A stretch of DNA of 64,000 bases from Planctomycetota bacterium (GCA_965228735.1 OZ245838.1:3424001-3488000); one strand, 5' to 3'; positions 48,827 through 62,340 are shown, counted from the stretch's first letter. A program made the numbers and translations. Notes: generated by a model from the sequence alone, not told the origin.

Positions 48827-51607
48827 TCAGCGGCTGAGTTCCGACCAGCGCTCGTGCTCTCGGAGCAGCGTGTAGGTGCGCGACTCGGGATCGAACTCGG
48901 CACCTGCTGCCTGCGCGGCCAGCGCGTATTCCATCGCGAGGTCGAGCACGCCCGGGGCGCGTTCGGCCGTGACATTGGGCAGGCAGCGCAGCAGTTCGCG
49001 CGCGACGCGGAGCCTCGTCGCGGCGTCGAGTTGCAAACTGCCGAACTCGCGCGCGGCGAGCTCGAGCGCGGACCACTGCACCGTGCGCCGCAGCAACCAG
49101 CACAGCGACTTGTACTGCGACACGAGGAAGCGGTGCGCCCGCGCATCGGTCGGCGACTTCTCGAGGCGCAGCTGCAGGTGGTGGATCGCCGCGCGCAGTT
49201 CGACCTCGGCCTCCGCAAGGCGATCGAGCCCGATCAGCACGAGCGCGAGATTGCCCGACACCGCGCCACGGCGCCGGCGCAGATCCGCGGCATCGGGATA
49301 GATCCGCAGCAGACGGTCGTAGGCGTCCTTGACGCCCGCGCTCAGTTCGAGCGCACCCGCCCGATCCTTCTCGTAGTAGCGACAGAGAAAGCGCTCCTCG
49401 AGCGCCTTGGCGTACATCACGCTCGGCGTCGGCCAACCGATCTCCTCGGGCGGCATCCGGCTCGCTCCGGCGATCACGTCCTCGGCGATGACCCTCGCCT
49501 CGTCGAACCGCCCGCGCCGGCGAAGCTGCTGCGCGAGGTTGAGCTGCATGAGGTGCTTGAGCACGGCCCGCTCGGGCCCGAGTCCACCGCTCTCGAGCAG
49601 CTGGGTGAGCTCGTCGATGCCGCGCCGCAGCGCGCCCTCGGCGGCCTGAGGATCGTCCTCGGCCTGGTGCACCATCGCCTCCTGCGTGCCGAGCAGCGCG
49701 ATCTCCTTCGCCGCCGAGATGCGCCACCCGCTCGGCTCCTCGAGCAATCCACGGAACGTGGCGCGGGCCTCCGCGATGCGGCTCCGAGCGACCTCGAGCT
49801 CGCCGTCATCGACCGCCTGGTTGGCCTGCGCCGCGAGCGACTGACCACAGAGGAACACCACGAACGGGTCGCGGCCGGCTCGGAGGAACGCGCGCCCGAG
49901 GTCGAGGATCAGCTGGCCCGACTCGCGCGCCGCGGCGTCCTGACCGAGGCTCGTCTGCAGCTCGGCGATCTGTGACCATGCGCGCAACCGCAGCAGCTCG
50001 GCGCGCCGCGCGAACTTCTCGTCCAACACGAGCTGGTCGAACAGGGAGGTCGCGTCGTACAGGATTTGCAACGCGACCTCCTGCGTCGCCGGCGAGTTGC
50101 GCAGCCGTTTCTGCGCGACCCGGCTCAGCAACGACTCGACCGCGTCGATGCTGATCTGCACGCTGCGATCGGATCGCCCGATCTGGTCCACGAGCTCCTT
50201 GTTGGCCACATCGGCGCGCTCGACCTCTTCCGCGAGCCGCGCGTTCGCGACCTTCTGCTGCCAGAGCAGCAGCACGGGCAGCAGCACGAGGAACCCGGCA
50301 GCGACGCCGAGCCCGACGGCCAACGGGCGATGCCGCTGCAAGAACCGGCGCACGCGCACGCCGACCGGCAACCGGCGCGCGGTGATCGGCGTGCCGTCGA
50401 GCACGGCCTGCAGGTCGTCCGCGAACAGTCGCGCCGACGAATACCGGCGGGCGCGTTCGACGTCGAGCGCGCAGTCGACGACGATCGCGAGCTCGGGCGG
50501 GATGCCGGCGCGGTCCGGCAGTTCCTGCCTGGAGCCAGCGAGGATCTCATGCCGCAGCAGCTCGGCGTTCTTGGCGACGAACGGCGGCCGCAACGCGAGC
50601 AGCGACGCGAGCAACGCGCCGAGCCCGTAAACGTCGGTGCGTTCGTCGCTCGGCTCGCCGCGGACCTGCTCGGGCGCCATGTATGCCGGCGAACCGGCCG
50701 CCGTGCCGCTGCGCGTCAGCTCCGGGTGCTCGCGCACCTCGGCGAGCCCGAAGTCGAGGACCACGGCGCGCCCGTCCGAGCTGAGCATCACGTTGGACGG
50801 CTTGAGATCGCGATGCAGGATGCCGCGCGTGTGCGCGTGCTCGATACCGAGCGCCACGAAACGAACGAGCCGGACGACCGCCTGCCACCACGAGCCGTGG
50901 AACGTGTGATCGACGTTCGACGCGGTGTCGTCCTCCTGCCCGCCGAGCACGGTCCGCAGGTCGTCGCCCGTGAGTGTCGCAGGATCGCGATCGGAGCACT
51001 GCTTGATCAGGGCCTCGCCGCTGCAGCCGCGCAGCCGCGGCATCGCGTAGAACGGCACGCCATCGGCGTTGCCGGTCGCGAGGATCGGCACGATGGCCGG
51101 GTGCTCGAGCCGCGCAACCGCGTCGATCTCGCGGCGGAAGCGTTCGCGCGCGCCCTCGAACACCAGCAGTTCGGGCCGCACGACCTTGAGCGCGACCTCG
51201 CGCCCGAGCGAGGACTGCTCGGCGAGGTAGACGACCCCCATGCCGCCGGCGCCGAGCTCGCGCTTGATGCGGAAGTCTCCGAGGACCGTGGGCGCGACGG
51301 GCGCGACCGGCGCCTGCTGGGTCAGCAGGTCGACGCTGCGGAGCCCCGCGAGCGCCTCGCGCAGGTCGGGCGGCAGCCGTTCGGGGTCACCGAGGTGCTG
51401 TTCGAGGGCGTCGACCCCGTCGCGGTCGGCGATCTCGAGGGCCTCGGCGAGGCGGGTCTCGAGTTCGGCCGGGGTCGGCTCATGCGGCACCGGGTCGCTC
51501 ATCGGGTCAGCCGCATCGGCGCCGTTCTCGTGATCGGGAGCAGGCGACGCCGTCGGCTCGACAGGATCGGGTGGATCGGATTCGGAATTGTCGGAGGCGT
51601 GACTCAA
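48827..51607 (-). CDS. Ser/Thr protein kinase with TM and TPR-like helical C-terminus
   Basis: 'LGAGGMGVVY', [21 protein letters not shown]. Start uncertain (TTG 51607 or ATG 51502). Confidence 0.92.
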   Translation of the reverse strand: MSHASDNSESDPPDPVEPTASPAPDHENGADAADPMSDPVPHEPTPAELETRLAEALEIADRDGVDALEQHLGDPERLPPDLREALAGLRSVDLLTQQAPVAPVAPTVLGDFRIKRELGAGGMGVVYLAEQSSLGREVALKVVRPELLVFEGARERFRREIDAVARLEHPAIVPILATGNADGVPFYAMPRLRGCSGEALIKQCSDRDPATLTGDDLRTVLGGQEDDTASNVDHTFHGSWWQAVVRLVRFVALGIEHAHTRGILHRDLKPSNVMLSSDGRAVVLDFGLAEVREHPELTRSGTAAGSPAYMAPEQVRGEPSDERTDVYGLGALLASLLALRPPFVAKNAELLRHEILAGSRQELPDRAGIPPELAIVVDCALDVERARRYSSARLFADDLQAVLDGTPITARRLPVGVRVRRFLQRHRPLAVGLGVAAGFLVLLPVLLLWQQKVANARLAEEVERADVANKELVDQIGRSDRSVQISIDAVESLLSRVAQKRLRNSPATQEVALQILYDATSLFDQLVLDEKFARRAELLRLRAWSQIAELQTSLGQDAAARESGQLILDLGRAFLRAGRDPFVVFLCGQSLAAQANQAVDDGELEVARSRIAEARATFRGLLEEPSGWRISAAKEIALLGTQEAMVHQAEDDPQAAEGALRRGIDELTQLLESGGLGPERAVLKHLMQLNLAQQLRRRGRFDEARVIAEDVIAGASRMPPEEIGWPTPSVMYAKALEERFLCRYYEKDRAGALELSAGVKDAYDRLLRIYPDAADLRRRRGAVSGNLALVLIGLDRLAEAEVELRAAIHHLQLRLEKSPTDARAHRFLVSQYKSLCWLLRRTVQWSALELAAREFGSLQLDAATRLRVARELLRCLPNVTAERAPGVLDLAMEYALAAQAAGAEFDPESRTYTLLREHERWSELSR

Positions 51608-51640
51608 CGTCGGGACCGCAATGAGGATACCCTACGGCAC

Positions 51641-52270
51641 ATGGACGGCTCACCGCCCGACCACATGAGCGAATCCAGCCTGCCGCTCGTCTCACTCGCC
51701 CGGGACAATGATCGCGCCGCGGTCGAGAAGCTGCTCGTCCGCCACCTCCCCGGTCTGCAGGGCTGGCTGCGCCTGCGCATGGGCGCGCAACTGCGCCGTC
51801 GCGAGACCGAAGAGGACCTCGTGCAGTCGATCGCGCGCGAGGTGCTCGGCGATCTGACGGACTTCGAGTGGCGCGGCGAGGCCGCGTTCCGCCACTGGCT
51901 CTACATCAAGGCCCAGCGCAAGCTCGTCGACAAGGCACGCCATACGGGTGCGGCGCGACGCAACCCGGCGCGCGAAGAGCCGATGCACGATCGTTCGGCG
52001 GAGCACGCGATCGTCGGTGACCTGCTGTCGCCGAGCGCCGCGGCGATCGGTCAGGAAGAAGCCGAACGCATCGAAGCCGCGTTCCGCGAACTGCCGACCG
52101 ATTACCAGGACGCGATCAGCATGCAGCGCCTCTGCGGCCTCGACTTCCACGAGATCGGCGAACGCATGGGCCGCACACCGAGCGCGGTGCGCAACCTCGT
52201 CTATCGTGGGTTGTCACGACTGGCGCTGCGCATCGCGGCGCTCAAGCGCGAGTCCGAGTCGACGCAGTAG
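51641..52270 (+). CDS. ECF sigma factor (kinase-associated)
   Basis: 'LRLRMGAQLRRRETEEDLVQS...FEWRGEAAFRHWL' and region 4 'EIGERMGRTPSAVRNLVYRGL'. Start 51641 or 51665. Confidence 0.9.
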   Translation: MDGSPPDHMSESSLPLVSLARDNDRAAVEKLLVRHLPGLQGWLRLRMGAQLRRRETEEDLVQSIAREVLGDLTDFEWRGEAAFRHWLYIKAQRKLVDKARHTGAARRNPAREEPMHDRSAEHAIVGDLLSPSAAAIGQEEAERIEAAFRELPTDYQDAISMQRLCGLDFHEIGERMGRTPSAVRNLVYRGLSRLALRIAALKRESESTQ

Positions 52271-52304
52271 GTGGCGAAGAAGCAGGCCCGGCCGCAGCCT
52301 GGCG

Positions 52305-52495
52305 TCACGCCGACCGGAAGAGGCGACGGGCCGTCAACAAGACCAGCAGGAACAGCCCGCTGCTGACCAGGAACAAGCCGCCGCCGACGATCGGATACAG
52401 CAATCCGCCGATCGACAGGCCGAGGATCGACACGAGCGACCCCGCGCTCGACATGCTGCCTTGCACCGCGCCCTGCGCCGCCGCCGGCGGGGCGG
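52305..52495 (-). pseudogene. Remnant of an MFS transporter C-terminus
   Basis: Frame reads 'AQGAVQGSMSSAGSLVSILGLSIGGLLYPIVGGGLFLVSSGLFLLVLL', resembling TM11-12 of Tet/DHA1-type MFS. There is no room for the rest of the gene. Confidence 0.5.
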
Positions 52496-52595
52496 CTCCC
52501 GCGAACTCGGAAAAGTCGTGCGAGGAAGCGAGGACTTCGGCGCGCGCTGGCACTGCTGACGGACAGACGCAGTCCCGTTTCCCCGATCTCGAACG

Positions 52596-55016
52596 ATGCT
52601 CCGCACCTTCCTCACATTCACTCTCTCCGCGACCGCTCTGCTGGCTCAGCGGCCGCCATCCGAGGCCGCCGCACCGCTGCCGTCGTCGCCCGCCATCGGC
52701 CAGGACGTCGCAGCCCGGCACGCGGCGCTCACCCAGCAGGATGGAACCGGTCCGATCGCCGGCGAATCGGGCTGGACGCCGCCGCCCGTCGGTGTCGAGA
52801 TCCACACGGCCGACGCCGATCCGGTCGGCGGTGAGTACGGCATCTGGGCCGCGGGTCAGGACTACAAGGTCTCGTTCCACGACGGCGCGACGTACGTCCC
52901 GTATCTCGGGCGGGACTACCCGCACAACCAGCCGTTCCGGTGGTCCACGACCTCGGTCACGGTCGGCGAGCACGAACTCGTGACCCGGGCAGCACCGCGG
53001 CAACGCCGCATGAGCGCGACGCGCTACGAGTACGACCACGGCGGCGTCGTCGAAGCCTACGACGTGCTGCTCGAGGGCCTCGAGCAGACGTTCGTCATCG
53101 CCGAACGGCCGACGACCACCGGCGATCTCGTCGTCCGCGGCACCGTCGGCACCCAGCTCACGGCCCAGCTAGTCGAGAACGCACACACGGATGTCCGCTT
53201 CTTCGATCACAACGGGGACCCGATCCTGACCTACGGCAAGGCCACGGCGCTCGATGCGGCCGGCAGCTCGATGCCGATGACGACGACGTTCCATGACGGT
53301 GCGTTCGAGCTGCGGCTCGACGGACAGTGGCTGCAGAGCGCGACGTATCCGGTCGTCGTCGATCCGCTGATGTTCAGCAACGTGCTGCTCAACACCTGGG
53401 GTCAGCCGTTCGGCTACTCGATCGCACTCGACGTCCTGCGGGAAGAAGAACGCAGCACGGACAACGTCTGGATCTGCTACACGCGCCAGGTCTCCGCGAC
53501 CGACGAGGACGTCTGGGTCATGCGGACCAACGACGATCTCCCGAGCTCGCTGTTCGTCGTCGCGTTCACGGACATCACGACGAGCTGGGGCAACGAGTCG
53601 TGCGCCCTCGCCACCGCCGACTCGCGCGTCGTCTGCGCGTTCGTCCGCAACATGGGCAACTTCCGCCACGTGCGCTGGCACACCCATCAGGTGAACGATC
53701 TCAACTTCCGTTCCGGCGTCGGCTACTTCAACACGTCGAACAAGGCGTGGCGGGTCGACGTCGGCGGCAACCGCGGCAACACGCCGGGGCAGCGCGTGCT
53801 CGTGGTCTACCAGCACGAGCAGGACACCGGCGGCGCGTTCGCGAACACGAGCGAGAGCGAGAGCCGCGGCTTCTACATCGACCTCGCCGGCATCAGCGGG
53901 CAACTCGGCCAGGGCAATGACGTCGACCCGTTCACGATCCTCGCCGCTTCGAACAACGACTGCGAACGCCCCCGCGTGAACCAGGTCGCCGACGGCTACG
54001 GCGGCAACCACTGGTGCGTGACGCATCAGTACGTCGAATCCAACGATCCGACCGACGACTGGGACGCCTACATCGACATCTGGGGCGAATCCGGCAACCT
54101 GCTCGCCTACGCCGACCTCGCGCCGAACAACGGCAAGCACAAGCTCGGGCCGATCCCGGCCGGCAGTCGCGGCCGCTACCTCGTCGTCTACGGCGGCGCC
54201 GACGCGACGCTCGGACCGCAGACCACGATCGTCGGGTTCGAGATCAACACCCAGCGCATCGACTTCTCCACGACCGCCGGCATCACGTTCCCGCACCCCG
54301 AGCATCGCCTCCTGACGAGCTCGAGCCGACGCCTCGAGACCAAGGCGATCGCGTTCGACCACAACTCGCGCAGCCACTGGCTCGTGGTCAACCGCTCGAG
54401 CAACATCCTGTTCGCCGACCAACTCGGATACCGCGGCGCCTACGAGGAGTTCGACAACTTCATCCAAGGGCCGAGCAACGTCACCACCGTCCGTCAGGCC
54501 GCGATCGGGTTCAACGACGACGACGACACCTACATCCTCGTCGGCTCCGAGTTCGCGACCGGCAGCCACCCGATCCGCGGCAACATCTGGAGCAACCCGA
54601 CGATCCCCGGGCCGACGACCGCGGGCATCGCGTGCAGCTCCGCGAGCCCGATGTGGGAGCCGACCGGGTTCAACCCCAACCTGCAGCGCATCGGCTACGA
54701 GTTCGGCGGCGTCACGGTCTACGGGGTTCCGAGCAACGGCCTCGTCGTGCTCGGAGCCTCGCTCAACACGGCGAACATCTCGATCGGCAACATTCCCGGC
54801 GTCGGGTCGGGTTGCACCCAGCTGATCTCCAACACCGCGGGCTTCCTCGGCTTCCTGCCGATCCGCATCGCCGGCCCGCTCAATGCCGTGCGCTGGAACC
54901 TGCCGCTCGCCGAGAACTTCTTCCCGACGACGCTGCACTTCCAGGCGTTCCATCTCGACGCGTCGTCCTCCGTGTTCCTCAGCACGAAGCGCCTGTCGGT
55001 TCCCATCAACTACTGA
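52596..55016 (+). CDS. Secreted protein with N-terminal 'YPxxxDP' domain and C-terminal domain
   Basis: Signal peptide (LLA-Q), N-terminal domain '...EAYDV..EGLEQTF...ATYPVVVDP', beta-rich middle and C-terminal 'GSGC...LHFQAFH...STKRLSV'. Confidence 0.8.
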   Translation: MLRTFLTFTLSATALLAQRPPSEAAAPLPSSPAIGQDVAARHAALTQQDGTGPIAGESGWTPPPVGVEIHTADADPVGGEYGIWAAGQDYKVSFHDGATYVPYLGRDYPHNQPFRWSTTSVTVGEHELVTRAAPRQRRMSATRYEYDHGGVVEAYDVLLEGLEQTFVIAERPTTTGDLVVRGTVGTQLTAQLVENAHTDVRFFDHNGDPILTYGKATALDAAGSSMPMTTTFHDGAFELRLDGQWLQSATYPVVVDPLMFSNVLLNTWGQPFGYSIALDVLREEERSTDNVWICYTRQVSATDEDVWVMRTNDDLPSSLFVVAFTDITTSWGNESCALATADSRVVCAFVRNMGNFRHVRWHTHQVNDLNFRSGVGYFNTSNKAWRVDVGGNRGNTPGQRVLVVYQHEQDTGGAFANTSESESRGFYIDLAGISGQLGQGNDVDPFTILAASNNDCERPRVNQVADGYGGNHWCVTHQYVESNDPTDDWDAYIDIWGESGNLLAYADLAPNNGKHKLGPIPAGSRGRYLVVYGGADATLGPQTTIVGFEINTQRIDFSTTAGITFPHPEHRLLTSSSRRLETKAIAFDHNSRSHWLVVNRSSNILFADQLGYRGAYEEFDNFIQGPSNVTTVRQAAIGFNDDDDTYILVGSEFATGSHPIRGNIWSNPTIPGPTTAGIACSSASPMWEPTGFNPNLQRIGYEFGGVTVYGVPSNGLVVLGASLNTANISIGNIPGVGSGCTQLISNTAGFLGFLPIRIAGPLNAVRWNLPLAENFFPTTLHFQAFHLDASSSVFLSTKRLSVPINY

Positions 55017-55030
55017 TCGGCGCTGCGGCC

Positions 55031-55606
55031 CTACGCGTCGGGCGGCGGGTTCATCAGCAGGCCGAGCTTGGTGATGGCCCGCCCGAGCACGTTGCGCACG
55101 GCCGAGACCGTGCGCCCGAGGTGCTCGGCGATGTCGCTGTGCGGCATCCCGACGATGCGCGCGAGGACGACGATCTCGCGATAGTCCTCCGGCAGTTCGG
55201 CGAGCGCCGCCTCCAGCCTCTCGACCTCCTCCTGCCCCATGACCTCACGACTCGGTGACAGCCCCTCGTACAGCGCGCCCGACGGCAGCTCGGCCTCGCG
55301 CCGGACGTCGCGCTTCTCGCGGCCGAAGAAGCGGGCGCGCTCGCGCAGCTTGTTCATCGCCGCGGTGAGCAGCCAGCTCAGGAACGGGCCTTCGCCGCGG
55401 AACTCGAACCGGTCGCGTTCTTCGAGGACCTCGCGACACACCGACTGCACGACGTCGACGGAGGCTTCGCGCCGGCGCAAACCCGGCCCCATGTTGACCC
55501 GCACGTACGCGTGCAGCCGCGGCAGGAAGCGCGCGACCATCCGGTCGACGGCGTCCTCGTCACCCGCCGTCGCGCTGCGTTGCAGATCCTCGAACTCCTC
55601 GGCCAC
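55031..55606 (-). CDS. ECF sigma factor (kinase-associated)
   Basis: GTG 55606, '[22 protein letters not shown]...[13 protein letters not shown]' and '[20 protein letters not shown]'. Paralog of 51641-52270. Confidence 0.9.
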   Translation of the reverse strand: MAEEFEDLQRSATAGDEDAVDRMVARFLPRLHAYVRVNMGPGLRRREASVDVVQSVCREVLEERDRFEFRGEGPFLSWLLTAAMNKLRERARFFGREKRDVRREAELPSGALYEGLSPSREVMGQEEVERLEAALAELPEDYREIVVLARIVGMPHSDIAEHLGRTVSAVRNVLGRAITKLGLLMNPPPDA

Positions 55607-55657
55607 GCTATCAGCGTAGCTCGATACGATCGTGCGGGAACCGGAATCGGCGCCGCG

Positions 55658-58873
<3,216 letters not shown>

Positions 58874-58932
58874 GTCGCGAACCGCGATCGCCAGTGACCC
58901 CCGATCGCCCATGAACCGCGATCGAGGGGCGC

Positions 58933-60414
58933 TCAGCGCCGCGGCCGTTGCTGCAGCAGGTAGAACAGCAGGTTGTTGGTGAACAGCGGATTGCTCGTCA
59001 GGCCGATGTGGTCGTCGGCGAGGAACGTCACGCTGTCCCAGTCGACCGGCGAATCGATGAAGCCCTGGCCCATGATCTTCATGTTGGCGAGCGCGCTGAA
59101 CCGCGGCACGGTGCCGTCGCCGAACTCGTAGACGTCGCCGGAGAAAAGCGGCCGCAGGCGGTCGCCGTCGCGCGCCATCCGAACCCGAGCGAGCGTCGGA
59201 ATCGTGTCCGAGGCGAACAACCGCATCTCGACCGGGCTCGGCGTCGGCGGCACGACGTCCAACGCGCGATGGAACCGCGCGGCGACGTCGAGGTTGCGCG
59301 CCAGCAGCCCGCGCGCGCGGTCTCGGCGCGCGGCCGGATCCGGCTCGTCCGGCATGAGCCACTCGAGGTATCGCGCGGAATCGGGATCGAGCAGCCCCCA
59401 CCCGTTGTCGTCCCAGGTCGCGACGTCGAAGAGATCCAGCGCGAGCGGCGCGCCGTTCTCGTCGACCACGAGCCCCATGCCGTTGCGCGGCAGCAACTCG
59501 TAGATCGAGGTCATCGTGCCGAGCAACGCGCGGTCGTAGTGCGGCAACAGTGTCGCGGGCTGGAACCCGTTCAACAGGTTGGCCAGCGACTCCATCGAAC
59601 CGAGGTTGGGCGTGCCGACCATCACGAGCCGGTCGACCTGTTCGGCGCCGGCCCAGGTCACCTCGGGTGCTGCGCCGGCGGCGGGCAGCGGCGCGTCGCC
59701 GTAGCGCAGGTAGTAGCGCGCGACGAGCCCGCCCATCGAGTGCGCGACGAGATCGAACTTCCAGTCGCTCGCGAGCCACGCCTCGATCTCGGCGGCCTCC
59801 TGCAGCGCCGCGGCGTCACCACGTTCGCGCAGCGTATCGACCCGCCCCTGCGCGGACTGGTTGATCTTCGCGCGCGTCGCCGTGAGGTAGTCGTGCAGCG
59901 CGAGCGCGTTGTCCGCGCAGTCACGCCGCCAGTCGTAGAAGAACGTCCAGCACGTGTAGTGGTCCTCGTTGTAGGCCGGAGTCCCCGGATCGAGGAGCAC
60001 CTTGTCGGTGAAGCCGCCGACGCCGAGCGAGCGCAGGATGTTGGCGTAGACGCTGACGTTGATGACGGTGAAGAACAGATCGAGCTCGATCGCGCCGAGC
60101 GGCCCGGACGGATAGACGTCGTAGTCGAGCTCGTCGAGCGCCGGCGTCATCGGCAGCGCGAGAGCGCGTGCGCCCGCCGGTGTCGCCGGGTCGATCGATT
60201 CGCCCGTGAACGCGCCCCAGACCGTCTTGCCCGTCGACCGCTGCTCGAGCCTGGAGCCGAGGATGCCGTGCATCACGATCACCGGGTTGCGAACGTAGGT
60301 GTGCGCCGCGGATTCGTAGATCTCCTGGATCGCTGGCTCGGCGTCGCGGAACGAGCTGCAGCCGCCGGCGACGACCAGCGGAACGAACGACAGGGACAGG
60401 ACGAGGCGCTTCAT
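58933..60414 (-). CDS. Lipase/acyltransferase-like alpha/beta hydrolase lipoprotein
   Basis: Lipobox AGGC, 'HGILGSRL', 'FFYDWRRD', AHSMGG, 'GTPNLGS' and 'GDGTVP'. Confidence 0.88.
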   Translation of the reverse strand: MKRLVLSLSFVPLVVAGGCSSFRDAEPAIQEIYESAAHTYVRNPVIVMHGILGSRLEQRSTGKTVWGAFTGESIDPATPAGARALALPMTPALDELDYDVYPSGPLGAIELDLFFTVINVSVYANILRSLGVGGFTDKVLLDPGTPAYNEDHYTCWTFFYDWRRDCADNALALHDYLTATRAKINQSAQGRVDTLRERGDAAALQEAAEIEAWLASDWKFDLVAHSMGGLVARYYLRYGDAPLPAAGAAPEVTWAGAEQVDRLVMVGTPNLGSMESLANLLNGFQPATLLPHYDRALLGTMTSIYELLPRNGMGLVVDENGAPLALDLFDVATWDDNGWGLLDPDSARYLEWLMPDEPDPAARRDRARGLLARNLDVAARFHRALDVVPPTPSPVEMRLFASDTIPTLARVRMARDGDRLRPLFSGDVYEFGDGTVPRFSALANMKIMGQGFIDSPVDWDSVTFLADDHIGLTSNPLFTNNLLFYLLQQRPRR

Positions 60415-60440
60415 CGGGCTGGAATGTAGCATTACGACCG

Positions 60441-61697
60441 ATGCTGACCGTGGTGCCCATTCTCCTGACTTCGGCCCTCGCGGTGCCCACGCCGCAGGGA
60501 CCGTCACAGGGACCGTCGCAGGCGAGCCCGGATCCACAGTTCGTCGCCTGGCGGGATCACATCGTGCCAACGGTCGCGGAGTGGCGCTGGCAGCAGATCG
60601 ACTGGCGGCCGACGCTCGGGGCCGGCCTGCGCGCCGCCGCGGCAGCCAGGAAGCCGCTGTTGCTCTGGCTCATGAACGGCCACCCGCTCGGCTGCACTTG
60701 AGGCAACGGAGTCCGGGACCGGCGGGTCTGGTCCGACGAACGACTGCAGGAGCTGGCCACGAACTTCGTGCCCGCGGCCGACGAGGTGTGGCGGCTGCAG
60801 CGCGACGACGAACCGGAGTGCCGCTGGTTCCGCGAAGCCGTGCGCGGTGACCGCTTGCCGAGCCGCGGCTCGATGCAGGGCACCTACGTGCTCACGCCGG
60901 GCGGCGAATGCCTCGGCCGGATCAACTCGGGTGATCCGGAGAAGGTCGCCAGCATGCTCACGGCGGCGCTGACGAAGTGGCGCGCGCGACCGGCGCCCGA
61001 CGATGCCGACGCTGCGGCACCACCGCCGGCCCCGGGTCATCGCTGGGAGCAGAGCTACCCCTCGGACGGTCTCGTGCTCGAACGCTTCGCGCGCGACGTC
61101 GGCGCGGCCCCCACCGAGGAACCGCGTCGCCCGGTGAATCGCGACGCCGTGTGGTTCAGTGCCGAGGAAGCGACCGGCTGGCTGCCCGGCGAGCCCGAGG
61201 TCGGGCAGAAGGGCAAGGTCGCGCCGATCGTCGTCCTGCGTCTCGCACGCACCGCGTTCGTCGACAACGTGCGCGGCCAGACGCTACCGTTCGCCGCCGC
61301 CGAGATCGATCGCGCCGATCTGCTCTACACGGTGCGCGCGGTGGACGACGAGCACGTCGCGTTCGAACTGCGCGGCACCACCCGGGCGGAGGCCGGGGGT
61401 CCGTGGCTCGGCGGCGAGTCCTACTGGCGACCCAAGCGCGAGTGGCCACGATCGCTCGCCACGGGCATGCGCGGTCACGCCATCTGGGATCGCACCGCGC
61501 GCCGGTTCGTCGCGTTCGAGCTCGTCGCGCTCGGCACGCGCCGCGGCCGCACGGCGTTCAACGGTCGCGCGCGCGAAGAGGCCGCGAGCATGCACCGCAT
61601 CGGGTTCGCGCTCCGACTCGCGCCGGCAGAGTTCCGCGTCGCACCGACGTTCGTGAACGTCTACGACGCGGACTGGGTCACGCACCCGGCGAAGTAG
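60441..61697 (+). CDS. Putative selenoprotein, SelN-like thioredoxin fold (CxU), UGA 60699-60701 read as Sec
   Basis: ORFs 60441-60701 and 60768-61697 are in the same frame, separated only by TGA. Readthrough gives 'KPLLLWLMNGHPLGCT-U-GNGVRDRRVWSD'. Downstream hairpin and signal peptide present. Confidence 0.8.
60711..60737 (+). promoter_or_regulatory. Bacterial SECIS-like hairpin
   Basis: GGACCGG-(CGGGT)-CTGGTCC with outer GTC/GAC pair. The loop starts 21 nt after the UGA, with G at loop position 2. Confidence 0.65.
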
Positions 61698-61734
61698 TCC
61701 AACGCCGGGTGGCACCCGCCAGGCATCGACCGCC

Positions 61735-62151
61735 TCAGCGGCCGAGCACCTGTTGGATCGCCTTGGTCACACCAGCCTCGGTCTGGTTGTGACCCGACTC
61801 CTTCCACAGCAACTTCCCCTCGGCGTCGGTAATCACCATCCCGTGGATGTTGAGCTCGTGCTTGGCGATCAACGCCTGCGACTCGTCGGTGTAGTGCTCG
61901 AGCACCTGGAACTTCATGGCATCACCGAACTGCGTTTCGAGCCCATTCACGATGGGCACCACTGCACCGCAGCGCGGTCAATTCTCCATGTTGATGTAGG
62001 TGAGGATCGGCATCGCGCCGGCCTTCGGCTTCTCGCCGGCCTCCGCGATGTTGGAACCGGCATCCGCCGGGTCGGACTTCGGCGTCTCGCTCGTGCAGCC
62101 GAATGTCACGGCACAGAGCGCGGTCAACGCCAGGATGAGGATGAGTCGCAT
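61735..62151 (-). CDS. Putative selenoprotein, thioredoxin-like lipoprotein (UxxC), UGA 61980-61978 read as Sec
   Basis: ORFs 61978-62253 and 61735-61962 are in frame. Readthrough gives 'ILTYINMEN-U-PRC-GAVVPIVNGLE', 138 aa from ATG 62151, with lipobox TFGC. Confidence 0.85.
61941..61957 (-). promoter_or_regulatory. Bacterial SECIS-like hairpin
   Basis: The mRNA reads GCCCAU-(CGUGA)-AUGGGC. The loop starts 26 nt after the UGA, with G at loop position 2. Confidence 0.6.
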
Positions 62152-62340
62152 GGGAGAGACGATAGGTGGCGACGCGGGCGAACGCCAACCGTGGTCACCC
62201 TGCGACCGTCGAGCAATTCGACGATTCCGCGTTCGGACCGAGGGTTTGCTCAAGTGACTCCGGTTCCCTCCCGATAGTGCCAGGTGGCGGCGACAGCTGC
62301 CGGCGATCGGCGACGATCGTCAACACAGGGAGGGACCGTC

